Positions 1 to 11,793 of a stretch of DNA of 64,000 bases are shown in pieces (position 1 is the stretch's first letter; each line of letters opens with the position of its first letter). The notes beneath the pieces were generated by a model. That model made no database searches. It was not told where the DNA came from and worked only from the letters and a program-made list of their open reading frames with translations. Position numbers and translations under genes: made by a program. The stretch lies in NCBI GenBank assembly GCA_050575255.1, contig JBNZDD010013659.1, positions 1,222,297-1,286,296 of the forward strand, given 5' to 3'. The DNA comes from Harriotta raleighana. Its lineage: Eukaryota.

Positions 1-1899
1 CTTCTGATATACAATCTATTAATGTTTTAGTCACCTTAACCTAATAATGAATAATACAGTGCTTAAAATTTAATATAGTGCCTTTGCTAAGTACTTTTTA
101 CTGTACAGTGACTGTGCATTTTGTAGGCAATGTTGTTTGTGACCTGTAACTTTTTTAAAAAACAGTAACAAAATTAATTTGCAATGAAGAAAGTGCTTCG
201 GTCCATCTCATCTCATCACTCGGAATCCCACCTTACCATCCAACCATCACAGCATCAAGCTGCTTTTTAACTGAGTTCAGTGCCCTGTCCTCTAGTGACC
301 TTTAAAAATCATAAATTTCACCACATGTGGAATGTTTTTTAAACCATTTTATAATTCAGGTTAGCATCTATAACTCTTGTCTGGCCTCTGTGCACCCCAC
401 CACTGGTCTGTTGTAGTAACAGATGGATGTGTCAATTTCTTCCTGGGAACAGTATTAATATATTTCTGGTTAGTATATTTTGAGTTATTTTGCAATAATG
501 ATTTTAAAGTACAGTGCATACTTTATTACTACTACTGTAGTTAAAGTATTGTTGATAGATTTGCTACATTAACAGTTTTACAAACCACCTAAGGTATTAT
601 TAAACTCAAACCTCCACTGAAATGTTTTATTAAGTGCAAAATATATTAGACCTTTACATGAAGAATATAGAAATTCCTGAGAAGTGTTGTGAGACCTCTA
701 TATGAAGTGAGTGGTGTTATATCAAATGTAAGGAATATCATTATTTTATTAATTCAGCAACAAAATTCTATTTACATAGCATTCAATGATACATTCGTGA
801 TAATATACTTTATTCATAATATAGATTGCACTCTTTAATGGCCTAGAAATATTGTATTGTAGTGGATGCAGAATGGAGCATTTTGTATGTAATATTAATA
901 ATTTTTGCATTTGATATGCAGTGCCTTTCACATCAGGAGAGAGTCTCAAAGCACATCTAAGTGTACCATGGACTGATTGTGTACTTTGCAGTGAACATGT
1001 CCCAGTGAGAGTTCAAAATCAAATGTTCTACATGAGAAAGAAGCAGAATGAATGAAATTTCTCTCCTTGGGATAGTAAGTGACCCTGCCTGCCATGCACA
1101 AAGCATCTGCCAGTGCAGCCTCTGCATATCATAATATATAGAGGCATCCTCCAGATGTGCAAAGTCTACATATCAAGTGCAAGGATTATTATTATTCACC
1201 TTAACTCAATGGAAACCAAATTTTTCACTCGTCAAGACGAATGGGATCTTTGTGACGGACTCAGCAGTCCGGTTCTTGAGCCAGGTGGATCAGTAGCAGG
1301 ACCTGAAAGTGCAAACCAGTCACCGAGGACAGGGAATCCTCTCATTCAGCATCCGTTAACCGCAAGCCAAGGCCCAAACAGGTAGGCCCTAACTTAGTTG
1401 TAAGTGGGATGCATGGAATTTTCAAGTTAGTTCTGGATACATTGGGCTCCCTCATGATTCACTTGGCTCACAAAAAAAAGGAAGCATGACAGTTAATTTG
1501 CATCAGCAACAAGGTACGAACAATTCATCTGTTGTCTTTTAAAACTGGCAGGTTACACATTCCTACATGAAACCTGCTTGTTTGTGTCAGTTTCTGTGTT
1601 AGCATTCATGGAAGTGAAAGAAAACATCCAATCGCCTCCAAAAGTTAACAGATTACAGTCAAGATAGAAACATCATTTGTAATTTGAGCTCCACTGCAGT
1701 CCTGACAAACAGATGGCTTTGCCACTCAGCCACTTTACCAAACCCTCCTACCCAAGCTGCTCCTGTCTAAATGTACACATTAATCAGATTATTTACTTCC
1801 TTTTGGCCAAGCACACACATTTCAAACCAATCATATTCTCTCTTTCAACAAACCCTCTATTCTTAACACACTCTTAAGCTTTTGTTACTTTTGGTTCCT

Positions 1900-2109
1900 A
1901 GGATGAGGTGGTTGACCTATGAGGATCGGTTGAGTAAATTGGGACTATATTCTCTAGAATATAGAAGAATTAGAGCTGATTTTATAGAAACCTGTAAGAT
2001 TCTTAAGGGGATTGACAGAGTAGACGGTGTGAGAATGTTTCCCCTGGTTGAAATATCCGAAACTTGGGGTCATAGTCTCAAGATTAAGGGTCAGCCTTTT
2101 TGTACCGAG
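1900..2109 (+). mobile_element. CR1-clade LINE (HER1-like) ORF2 C-terminal fragment, 5' part, interrupted by L2
   Basis: Translates MRWLTYEDRLSKLGLYSLEYRRIRADFIETCKILKGIDRVD...GHSLKIKG, the typical CR1 RT C-terminus. Confidence 0.9.
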
Positions 2110-2590
2110 TTTGCCGCCCACGTTCTCACCCGCACCAAACTTTGCTCCCCCATTGCCACAGTCCTTGCCAGACTTCACTGGCTCCCTATCCCAGAGAAGA
2201 TTGAATTCAAGATCTTCATCCTTGTCTTCAAATCCCTCCACTCCTCTGCACCCCCCTACCTCTCTGACTTCCTCTCTCCTCAAACCAGCACCTGTTGCCT
2301 TCACTCCATTGGGTCTGGCCTCCTCCATGTCCCCCGAATCCTCCGCTCCACCCTCGGTGGCTATGACTTCAGCCACTATGCTCCGAGGCTCTAAAATTCC
2401 CTCCCTCATTCTCTTCGCCTCGCCCCCTCTTTTCCCAGCTTCAGGTCCCAGCTGAAAACCTTTCTCTTCGACCGCGCCTTTGGTCACCTGTCTCCCCCTG
2501 CCCCTGGTTCGGTCCCAGGATTCGCTATTGTGATGTGCTCTGAGACGCCGTCCGGCATGGAGGGCACTATATAAATCAAAGTTGTTGTTG
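2110..2590 (+). mobile_element. L2-clade LINE 3' fragment nested in CR1
   Basis: LARLHWLPIPEKIEFKI...APPYLSDFL...FSHYAPRL motif; tail ...gggcactatataaatcaaagttgttgttg; close match to 45760-46400. Confidence 0.92.
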
Positions 2591-2843
2591 ATGAGGAAAC
2601 ATTTCTTCACTCAGAGAGCAGTGAATTTATGGAATTCTCTATCCCAGAAGGCTGTGGATGCTCAGTCCTTGAACATATTCAAGACTGAGATTGATAGATT
2701 TCTTGTGGATAGAGGGATTAAAGGATATAGGGACAGGGCAGGTAAATAGAATTAGGTTAGAAGATCAGCCATGATCCTATTAAATGGCAGGGGAGGCTTG
2801 AAGGGCCGAATGGCCTCCTCCTGCTCCTATTTCTTATGTTCTT
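2591..2843 (+). mobile_element. CR1-clade LINE 3' end (continuation of 1900-2109)
   Basis: Resumes MRKHFFTQRAVNLWNSL; ends gaagggccgaatggcctcctcctgctcctatttcttatgttctt, a shark HER1/HE1-type tail. Confidence 0.9.
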
Positions 2844-3083
2844 AACAACGAGTCATTAATTAGAGATTTCATGAGTCAGATTACTGGACAAAAGCGTAGT
2901 CAGCACAGATTACGAGCTGGAATGAAAACTTGCTTAGAGGTGGGTAGTTTGCTCCAGTCACAAGTGTTGCTTTGGAGTAATTATTAGATTGCACAAATAT
3001 GATTTTATAAGAGAATAAACAATACTGTACAAAAACTAACCTTGACTCCATGAAAAATTAAGCTTCCCATGTGTCATCATTAC

Positions 3084-3176
3084 CTCTTTATAGTGGAATA
3101 TTTCAACAACTCTGCAATATCAGCTGATGACAGAGAAACAGCAGCCTCTGAACATTTATTTACAAGATCATTAAAC
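3084..3176 (-). CDS. Possible 93-nt internal coding exon (phase 2-2), FNDLVNKCSEAAVSLSSADIAELLKYSTIK, gene unidentified
   Basis: tttag|G...AAAGAG|gtaatg; only one open frame; length divisible by 3; acceptor lacks a good pyrimidine tract. Confidence 0.28.
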
Positions 3177-3363
3177 CTAAATTGGCAGCTTCAGTTTCTT
3201 ACTCTCAAATGTTTCCCAATCTTTGCAGAAAGTGAGCAAAGGACATTGGAGCATCAGCCTGGCAAGTCAGATGATTGTACATTCAACAACAACAACAACT
3301 TGCATTTATGTTGTGCCTTTCATGTAGAATAACATCTTAAAGCACTTCACAATGATGGGACAG

Positions 3364-4822
3364 GATGCCAAGCATGGAGAGAAGGTAGTAACCAAAAGCA
3401 CAGTCGACAATGACGACAAAATTACACTTGTATAGCCCCTTTGAGCCATCCTAGTATGAAGAGCACTACAGTAAACCTTGTTTATCTAGGACCCAATCAA
3501 ACGGCATACTCAACCAACCGGTNGATGCCAAGCATGGAGAGAAGATAGTTACCAAAAGCACAGTCGACAACAATGACAAAATTACACTTGTATAGCCCCT
3601 TTGGGCCATCCTAGTATGAAGAGCACTACAGCAAACCTTGTTTATCTAGGACCCAATCAAACGGCATACTCAACCAACCGGTATCTCCCAATACAATTCA
3701 CCATTCCAGCAACTGGATCTCATACTATAGCCATCCAGGCACTTACGATATGCTCACTTTGCCCATACAGGGCTGGCGCTACTGTTAGGCGAANGCCATC
3801 CAGGCATTTACGATATGCTCACTTTGCCCATGCAGGGCTGGCGCTACTGTTAGGCGAACTAGGTAGTTGGGGGGATATGATCAGCATATTAACAACTGCA
3901 ACGGTTGGGGGGATAGTACCTGAACTTCCGCCGCACCCCCCCCTCACCCCCTCTTGCTCTCTGTACACTGATTGACTAATGGTCCCCACCAGTCACATCA
4001 ATCTGGCGTCCCATTTGTCGCCACTCACGTCAATCAAACGCGCGCCATTCACGCCCCGACAATATGTTAGGTTGAGTTCACTTTAACGGCCTGTCCTNCC
4101 CCCACCCCCTCTTGCTCTCTGTACACTGATTGACTAACAGTCCCCACCAGTCACATCAATCCGGCGTCCCATTGGTCGCCACTCACATCAATCCGACGCG
4201 CATTTCACGCCCCGACAATATGTTAGGTTGAGTTCACTTTAACGGCCTGTCCTCAAGGCTGCTCATGCCCTTTGCTGTTGACCCAATCAATTAATAAGGT
4301 TACTTCACTTCTTTTTAAATAAAATAATAATTATACACATATGTATATAGATATCTCAAAGCACAATGCAAATAAAACAACCATTATTGGGGGAGGAGGG
4401 GGTGAGACAAAGGAAGTCGTGCGTATTAATTTTTCGTATTAACATTAGCTTATCAAATGTTACTAGGGGGCGCACATCTGAAGGCTCTCTCTAGGGCGCC
4501 AAATACCCATGGGTGCATGGACACTTTTAAACTTAACGAACGCTGGAATGCTTTTTTACCGATCATTTTACCGAGTGNAATAAATATGTATATAGATATC
4601 TCAAAGCACAATGCAAATAAAACAACCATTATTGGGGGAGGAGGGTGTGAGACAAAGGAAGTCGTGCGTATTAATTTTTCGTATTAACATTAGCTTATCA
4701 AATGTTACTAGGGGGCGCACATCTGAAGGCTCTCTCTAGGGCGCCAAATACCCATGGGTGCATGGACACTTTTAAACTTAACGAACGCTGGAATGCTTTT
4801 TTACCGATCATTTTACCGAGTG
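3364..4822. other. Four tandem overlap duplications around single n (3523, 3794, 4098, 4578): assembly/haplotype artefacts
   Basis: Sequence before each n is repeated after it with a few substitutions; gives the twin ORFs at 4457 and 4702. Confidence 0.85.
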
Positions 4823-5073
4823 TGCTGGAATGCTTTATTGGTAAGTATCCATACAAAATATCCTGTTATTACTTAGTCTATTATTAATATGGTATGCTTT
4901 AAAATAAGTTAATTTTTTTTGTTGGATTTTCGGCAACTTGCCACTCAAATATCCGGAATATTAAATCAAAATCAATCAAAATTATATTTTTAGAGCACCT
5001 TTCACATTGGGAGGATGTCCTAAGGCATTATTTGATTAATCGGCACCTGTGCTAGATAACGAAGATTTTACTG
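3469..5073. mobile_element. Non-autonomous Tigger/pogo-type DNA element, inflated by assembly duplications
   Basis: TA-flanked imperfect TIRs cagtaaaccttgtttatctag / ctagataacgaagattttactg; right end shares sequence with the main MITE family. Confidence 0.6.
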
Positions 5074-6439
5074 TATATAAATGCTGTTATCGAGTCTGGT
5101 CAGTGTCCATCAACCTCACAAAGAGAGCCCAGAGTTATAGCTGCTGTGAAAGATGGTAATTTTGACACAGAGAATTTGGCTGGGGCCAATTTTTGATGAG
5201 GGTTAAGACATAGCGCGTAATGTAAACCTTTAATCTGCATCTAATCCATGTGAAGCATGACAATAGCCATCCTAGCACCACCAGTTGTGGAAAGTGATAG
5301 AAGCTTTTATGCATTAATATCAAAATCTTCACATTCATAAACACACAATTCAACCCTCTTCCTCACAATCATAACACAAGGCTGACATAACTAGTGTCAC
5401 AAGTACGTCAGTAAAGCAGCAATAAGATTGAAGGCTTATTGCCAGTCCAACAAAGTCGCAGCAATTTTACCCATTTGAAAATGGAATAGAGTCTATTTGC
5501 TCAGACACAAACAGTTCCTTTGGGAAGCACTTTGCATGACTTATCAGAGCTTTGTATGAATCCTCTTGGAAGATTACAGCCAGCACAATATTGAACAAAT
5601 AATTTACAAGTAGGGGCACGCAATTCTAAACACAAATGTATTTTGTATCATTTATTACAAAGAATTGCTAAAGTAACTTCTTAAGATAGTATCGCCCCAA
5701 TAAAACAATTTATATTGTGCCTTTCATATTGAGAGAACAGCTGAAAACTTAGCAAAACAATAATTTAATTGAAGTATTACTGTATAAATTTCCAATCCAT
5801 ATTTTATATTCCCATTTTATTTCTATGCTTGCTACAAATACTATACACAGAAAACTGTTTTGAGATATTTCCACAGTATAGTCTTTTAGAAAGGAGGATT
5901 CAACCATTCTGCTCATGCTCTCTGGAAGTGCATCCCAGAGTCCATCTGCCTTTACCCCTGCTTCCCGCCTTCAAATTCCGTCTTGAGCAACTTGACTGAG
6001 CTTTTGCACATTTACCTCCTAGCAGGGATCACTGCACAGTTATCAAGAGTGAGAGCCCCTAACTAAGTTTAGTTTGTGTAAAAATTAGCTTGTGGATTTG
6101 CATACAAATTCTTGATTCATTGAAGCCAAAGGCCAGCTCAGAACAGACTTGGAAAAGATCAATGTCTTGAACATGGATCAATGAGGCGTAGATTTTGCTC
6201 AGACTATCGGGAGGTGCAGCTCTTGGAATCTTCATGGACAATAAACAACAACAACAACAAGGATTTATATAGAGCCCTCTATGCCAAACGGTGTCTCAGA
6301 GTTCTTAAGTACCCTGGTTCTATAGCATTTCTTCAGTACAAATTGGACAAACCACTACTCTTTGCTACCTTTGTTGAGCCCTGTCCCTTGTTTTGCCATA
6401 TTTCTACTAATCCTTGCATTTGATAAAGAGTCTTATCAT

Positions 6440-6750
6440 ATTGTCAAGTCATCTCAAAGCTCTTCTCAGGATATTATTGTGCAAATCACCAAGCCAAGTT
6501 GCACACAGTAATGTCCCATAAACATAAACATCTATGAAATGTATGATCAATTTTACTTGGCAGGATTATTGACTAGGACACAAATTCCCTTTGCTTTCCG
6601 AATACTGCTATGAAAACTTTGACGGTCAACCCAAACAGGCAGAAGGTATCAAAGGAAAGCACCTCCAGGACTTCATCGGAATGGGAATTTGAGTTCAAAG
6701 TTCCGATTTGGGGCATAGACCCACAACCTTCTGACTCAGAGGCAAGAATG
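6440..6750 (-). mobile_element. Old DeuSINE-like (SacSINE1/AmnSINE1-type) SINE
   Basis: Degenerate gcacacag...cccataaac segment and ccacaaccttctgactcagaggc head in reverse. Confidence 0.6.
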
Positions 6751-6925
6751 AATTGAATCTCAAAACCCAACCCTGAATTTGAAAGCCAATGTGTCTCCTG
6801 GTTGCTAAATGAGAATGTTTTAGGGCAGCACAATATGGTTCAATAGCAATTCACAAAGTTTGAAATCAACAGAGTACCTGTGCTGAGATCCTAGCCTATC
6901 TGACCATGGCTTTGAATTGGATGTA

Positions 6926-7699
6926 CAGTAAAACCCTGTTTATCCGGCACCCACACGACCTGGCCAGTGGTGGTTAAACCGTTTTTCCGGTTGAACGGAT
7001 TTATAAAAAATAATTAAAATATATATATTTTTTTTAAAATGCAAAATTATTTTAACACATACTATATTAATAATGGACTAAATAATAACAGAATATTCTA
7101 TTAGTACATTATTATTTATACTTAACTTCGCAATTGCAGCACTGATTCGACGGGAGGTAAAAAAATACGACTTTAAAAAGCAATGAGTTTAGACCTAACA
7201 GCCAGCACACACACACACACACACATAGGCACAGAGAGACAGACAGACACACACACAGACAGACACAGACCTTCAAAGATATTCAGTCTGAATCCATCAT
7301 ATAAATTCTGTCCACAATTTTCACCCCCCTGTCCCTTTCCTCTCTCTCTCTCTCTCTCTGCATCAACCTGCCTACCATTTCTCTCTCTCTCTCTCACTCC
7401 ATTATGATTTCCCCTATCTCTCTCCCTTTCCTCCCTCTCTCATTCCCCCCCACTCTCTCTTTCTCTCTCTCTCCATTCCCCCCCCACTCCCTCTCTCTTG
7501 CTACCTGCAGCAGTATTTATTATGTATACATTTAAACGAGGTAAACAAATGCAACTTTTAAAAGGACCCGGAACGAGTTTAGACCCAACATTAAACGCCT
7601 CTCCAGATAACTTCTGGTTAATCGGATCAGGATTTTTTTGAGATGGCAGTTGAACGGGTTTTCCGATTATTCGAGTCACGGATAAACGGGGTTCTACAG
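6926..7699 (+). mobile_element. Tigger/pogo-type MITE, microsatellite-bearing subfamily
   Basis: TA|cagtaaaaccctgtttatccggcaccc ... gagtcacggataaacggggttctacag|TA; internal (CA)n and (CT)n tracts. Confidence 0.88.
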
Positions 7700-8699
7700 T
7701 ATTCCCAAACTTCTGCAACTTTTAAAGATTTTTGACACGATAGAAAGCACATAAAGTTAATAAATTAAATCCTGTCAAGATAACTGGGTATTGAATTATT
7801 CATTATAGTACTGAGGAGAACAGTCCAAAATACCTAGAAAATACAAATATTCCTCACATACATTTTAGGGAATCTATCACTTTGGACATAATGTATTCTC
7901 AACCTTGCACTGATGAGGAAACATGCAAGGATTCTAACAATTTTAAATTCTGGCAGAAAAGGAATTTGTTCCAATGCATTTGTCATTCTTCCTCTTTTCA
8001 ACATTTTGAAAATATCTAATCTATTTCTTATAGTTTCGGTTAACTACGGCACATGAGTTGCTACCACATCTTTAAAGAACTATAATTATGTGTTTTAATT
8101 GTGGATTTTTTTATCACTCAAACTAGAAAGTTATACAAAGGAAGCTTTACACAGCAAAAAGAATCCTTGATAATATTACTTTATCAAAATTCTTAAGAGA
8201 GGATTCAGAAACCTTGGCAACCAAGGTGGTACCAAACATTAATGGATTTCTCAGGGATTGAAATGGAAAGGGTATAAATATAATGAAAGGAATGACATTC
8301 TACCAAGGGAAATCATTTTCTCCTGTACAATATACAATACACATACAGTAGTTTCATTATTTCCTGAGAAAGGCCCAACCAGTGTGTCATCAATAAGTAT
8401 CACTGGTATGTTTTCTGGTATTACACTTATCCTGATAAAACTTTCACTAGTGTTGAGGAAATGTCTACATCCCTAATTCTTAATAAGCCAAACAGGCTAG
8501 TCGACCACCAACAATGCCTGGAATGATTACAGATCTTCCCAGCCCAGTATAAGTGGTGTCTCGCAGCCAATCCAATCAGTGACAACTAGTCTAAGGATTC
8601 GCTTAACTTCCCCCTCACCAGAGGAGGATTTGTTTTTGAGACTCGAATCAGGCTTGAGTTTGTTTCCAGGAGTTTTAGACATTATAAAGTGTAATTCAG

Positions 8700-8880
8700 T
8701 TGTCAGTCCAGCTAAGTTGGAAGCTCTCTTGACTCTGAATCAGATGGTTGTGGGTTTAAGCCCTATTTGGGGATTTTGAAGTTACAGTATTGGTTGATAT
8801 TCTAAAGCAGTGCTGGGGGAGCGCTGTGTTGTTGGTTTGCTGATCTTCAGATTAGACATTAAACCAAGTTCTTGTCTGGA
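8700..8880 (+). mobile_element. Old SacSINE-like SINE 5' part
   Basis: ctctgaatcagatggttgtgggtttaagccc head; similar to 17186-17430. Confidence 0.5.
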
Positions 8881-9420
8881 CAGTAGAACGTTGATAATCC
8901 GACATTCTGAAAATTGGAAACTCCCTAAAATTGGCAAGATTTCAAAATACATACAGTATTACATATTTTTCCGATATCCAGCAATCTCCCGAAGTTTGGA
9001 ACAGCTGCTTGTAGTTCATGGCGTTACCGCTCTGTCACCCGGCGCTGTGTTTGCCACTCAGGCATTTTTTGGCTTCAGTGCTGTGTTTACAGCTCATGTG
9101 ATGTATGTAGCGGGGTTTCTCAAGCCATTTCTAGCGTAGGTTCTCTGTCCCTCCGCCTCGCCACCTCCCCAGTTTCCTTCAAGTCCCACCTCAAGATCCT
9201 CCTCTTCGACGGTCCCATCAGTCACTCCGAATCCCCCCTTTCCCTCCACCCTCCCTGTCCCCAGCTCGGTTCTGAAACACTGACTGTCCAGTGCTTTGAG
9301 CGTCCCCTGATGCGAAAGGCACTTTACAAGTGTAATTTTGTCATTGTGCTAAATACTGGCATACTCTGAAATCTGGGTGGTGCGTGGACCCGACCGTGCC
9401 TGATTATTAACATTCTACTA
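8881..9420. mobile_element. Second Tigger-type MITE family, with an L2 3' tail inserted at about 9140-9345
   Basis: TIRs cagtagaacgttgataatccg / cctgattattaacattctacta. Confidence 0.7.
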
Positions 9421-9859
9421 CAATAAAAGCCCGTTTATCTGTGACTTGATGAACCAGAACTTCCGTATAACCGGTATGTCAAAAAAAGTCCCCATCCGAT
9501 TAATCGGATGTTATCCAGCACAATAGCGGTGGCGCATTTAATGAATCGATTGTTGCACGTGAGTACTGTACAGGTATTTCGGCTTGCGGCTAGTAGAGCC
9601 TTAAAGTAGCGCTGACGTTTTTTTCCCTCGCATTGCAGAAGTTACACCTCTACCCCAGCATCATGGCTTTAAATCAGGTATCTACCAGCAATGGTAATTT
9701 TTAGGTGAATAACAAAGGTCTTTTATTATCTGTTAGTCATTAATATGGTATGTGTTAAAATAAGTGAATTTTTTTTGTGTTGGGTTTTCGGCATCGGATC
9801 TGACCGTTTAACTAGCATTGGCGAGGTCCCATGGGTGCCAGATAAACAGGCTTTTACTG
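9421..9859 (-). mobile_element. Tigger/pogo-type MITE (main family, short form)
   Basis: caataaaagcccgtttatctgtgac ... gggtgccagataaacaggcttttactg|TA. Confidence 0.88.
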
Positions 9860-11793
9860 TATATTTATTAAGTGAATATTTATTTGTTTTTTGTTGTGAG
9901 GACTGTGGCACTATTTGAAAAGAAAAGGGAATTTCTCCTGGTGTCCTCAGCAGCAAAATGTATGGTCACTTCATGATAGGGACCTGTGAAGCATTTTGAC
10001 TCATGAAGGGTGCTACATCCAATGCAAGAATTACTGTTATTATTAAAAGCATGTGATCCTTTAGTGATTATCAGGTAATGAACTCCAATAGATATTGTCA
10101 ACCTTTTGAATATTAAATAGCATCACAATCAAATTTGATGCTGTTCCTACCTCATGTCCACACAATGTCACTGGATAATGATCCACAAAAGAGATGATTG
10201 TTTGCTTCGGGATGTTTATTAGTATTTAGGGATTAAAGTATTTTTTACATACTTTAGTATTTTTACAACTCCCTGGTTGATATCAGGCAACAGGATAGAA
10301 CCAGCTGGGATCTTGCCAGTGTGCAAAGCTCAGTTTGATGTGAGACAGTAGTTTTGCCAACTGAACCTCACAGCTGAGTTTTAATTTCATTCATCTAAGA
10401 CAGTCATCTTGCCAATTGAACATAGCACTGGTAGTTGATCTTACACAATTGCTGGGGACTCTTCACATATGGTATAAAAATACAGCATCCAGAATTCACA
10501 ACAAGCAGTAGCTTGTACTTAGCTTCTAAATGGGTTCCAGCACAATCACAGAAAAAAACACCAGCCTGAATCCAGATGATAAGCTTGATGCCTCCAGACC
10601 AATTTAACGTCAAACACAATGATAATTTTAAGGCACCCTCAAGCTACATTCCTTTTCATTCACATGGCTTTTAAACTGCAATGAGAATGAACATAAGCTT
10701 TGAAGTTTACATGGCTATTTAAAATCAATGCAGTGAATGACATGCAAGTGACCTGTCAATGGATTAACCACAATACAGTACTTGCTTTCATATAGCTTTT
10801 AAAATTTTACTTTGTTCACTTCTATAGGTGGAGTTCTCCCTCCTACATTTTCGCAAAATACTGGAGAATAACTTGCTCAGCGTTTTCCATAGACATTGTA
10901 TTATGTAGCACGATTTCTCATAGTGATGTGTGCTATCCATTTCTAAGGGTCAGAAATCTAATGTAACTGATGTATATCTGCATGAAACCCGGCAACAATG
11001 ACACATTGTGCTGCATATGACAGCAGTGATGTGAAATAGATCACAGCACATGAAAGTCGAGTTATGTAATATTGCCAAATATGCTGCTGTTATTAGCTCT
11101 GCACCGCATATGAAGAACAAAATATATATCAACACAACTATTGAAAATAGTACCTTAAGATTTTTAATTTAAAAAAAATAGTAAATCAAAGTCTTTCTTT
11201 CATAATAGTCTTCCTCAATATAGTAAGCATGTGTACACACGCAGAAGGTATTTATGATGCTCTGTTTGTAGGACATTGCTGTGTGGAAATTGGCTGCCAT
11301 GATTGCATACCAAATAAAGAAACCACATTTTGCAGTAGCAGCATATAACATGTTCTGTGATGTCTTCCCCATGTGACAGACACTATGTTTCATGCAAGGG
11401 TTACAACAAATTCTATGTATGTGTGTGTGGTGGTGGGGTGGGGGGAGGGGGAGGGAGGATGTTAAAGACTGATAAGAATCCATTATTTCAGAATATTTGC
11501 AAAAGACGTTATTGACCCTTTATTTATTTGGTCTCACTAAATGTTAATAAATTTGTGCAGAGCTATTAGTTTTCAATTAGTCTGGAGATCTGACTGCTTG
11601 AGGGGAAACTTAACCTGAATTGTACATTCAGTTTTGTCAGGGACAAAAAAGCCAAATAATATGTGTATTACTGAGCAGAGGGATTCCAAGAGAATGCAAC
11701 AGTCCCAAAGGGTAGCAAAAGCAAAATAACAATCAGTTGTGCTTGAAACTGGGACATGAAACATCAATCTGAAATCGAGGATGCATCTGCTTT

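Noticed and set aside
4457-4887. Tandem duplicated small genes (MLLGGAHLK...)
   Set aside because: Overlap duplication around n 4578 inside a DNA-element relic
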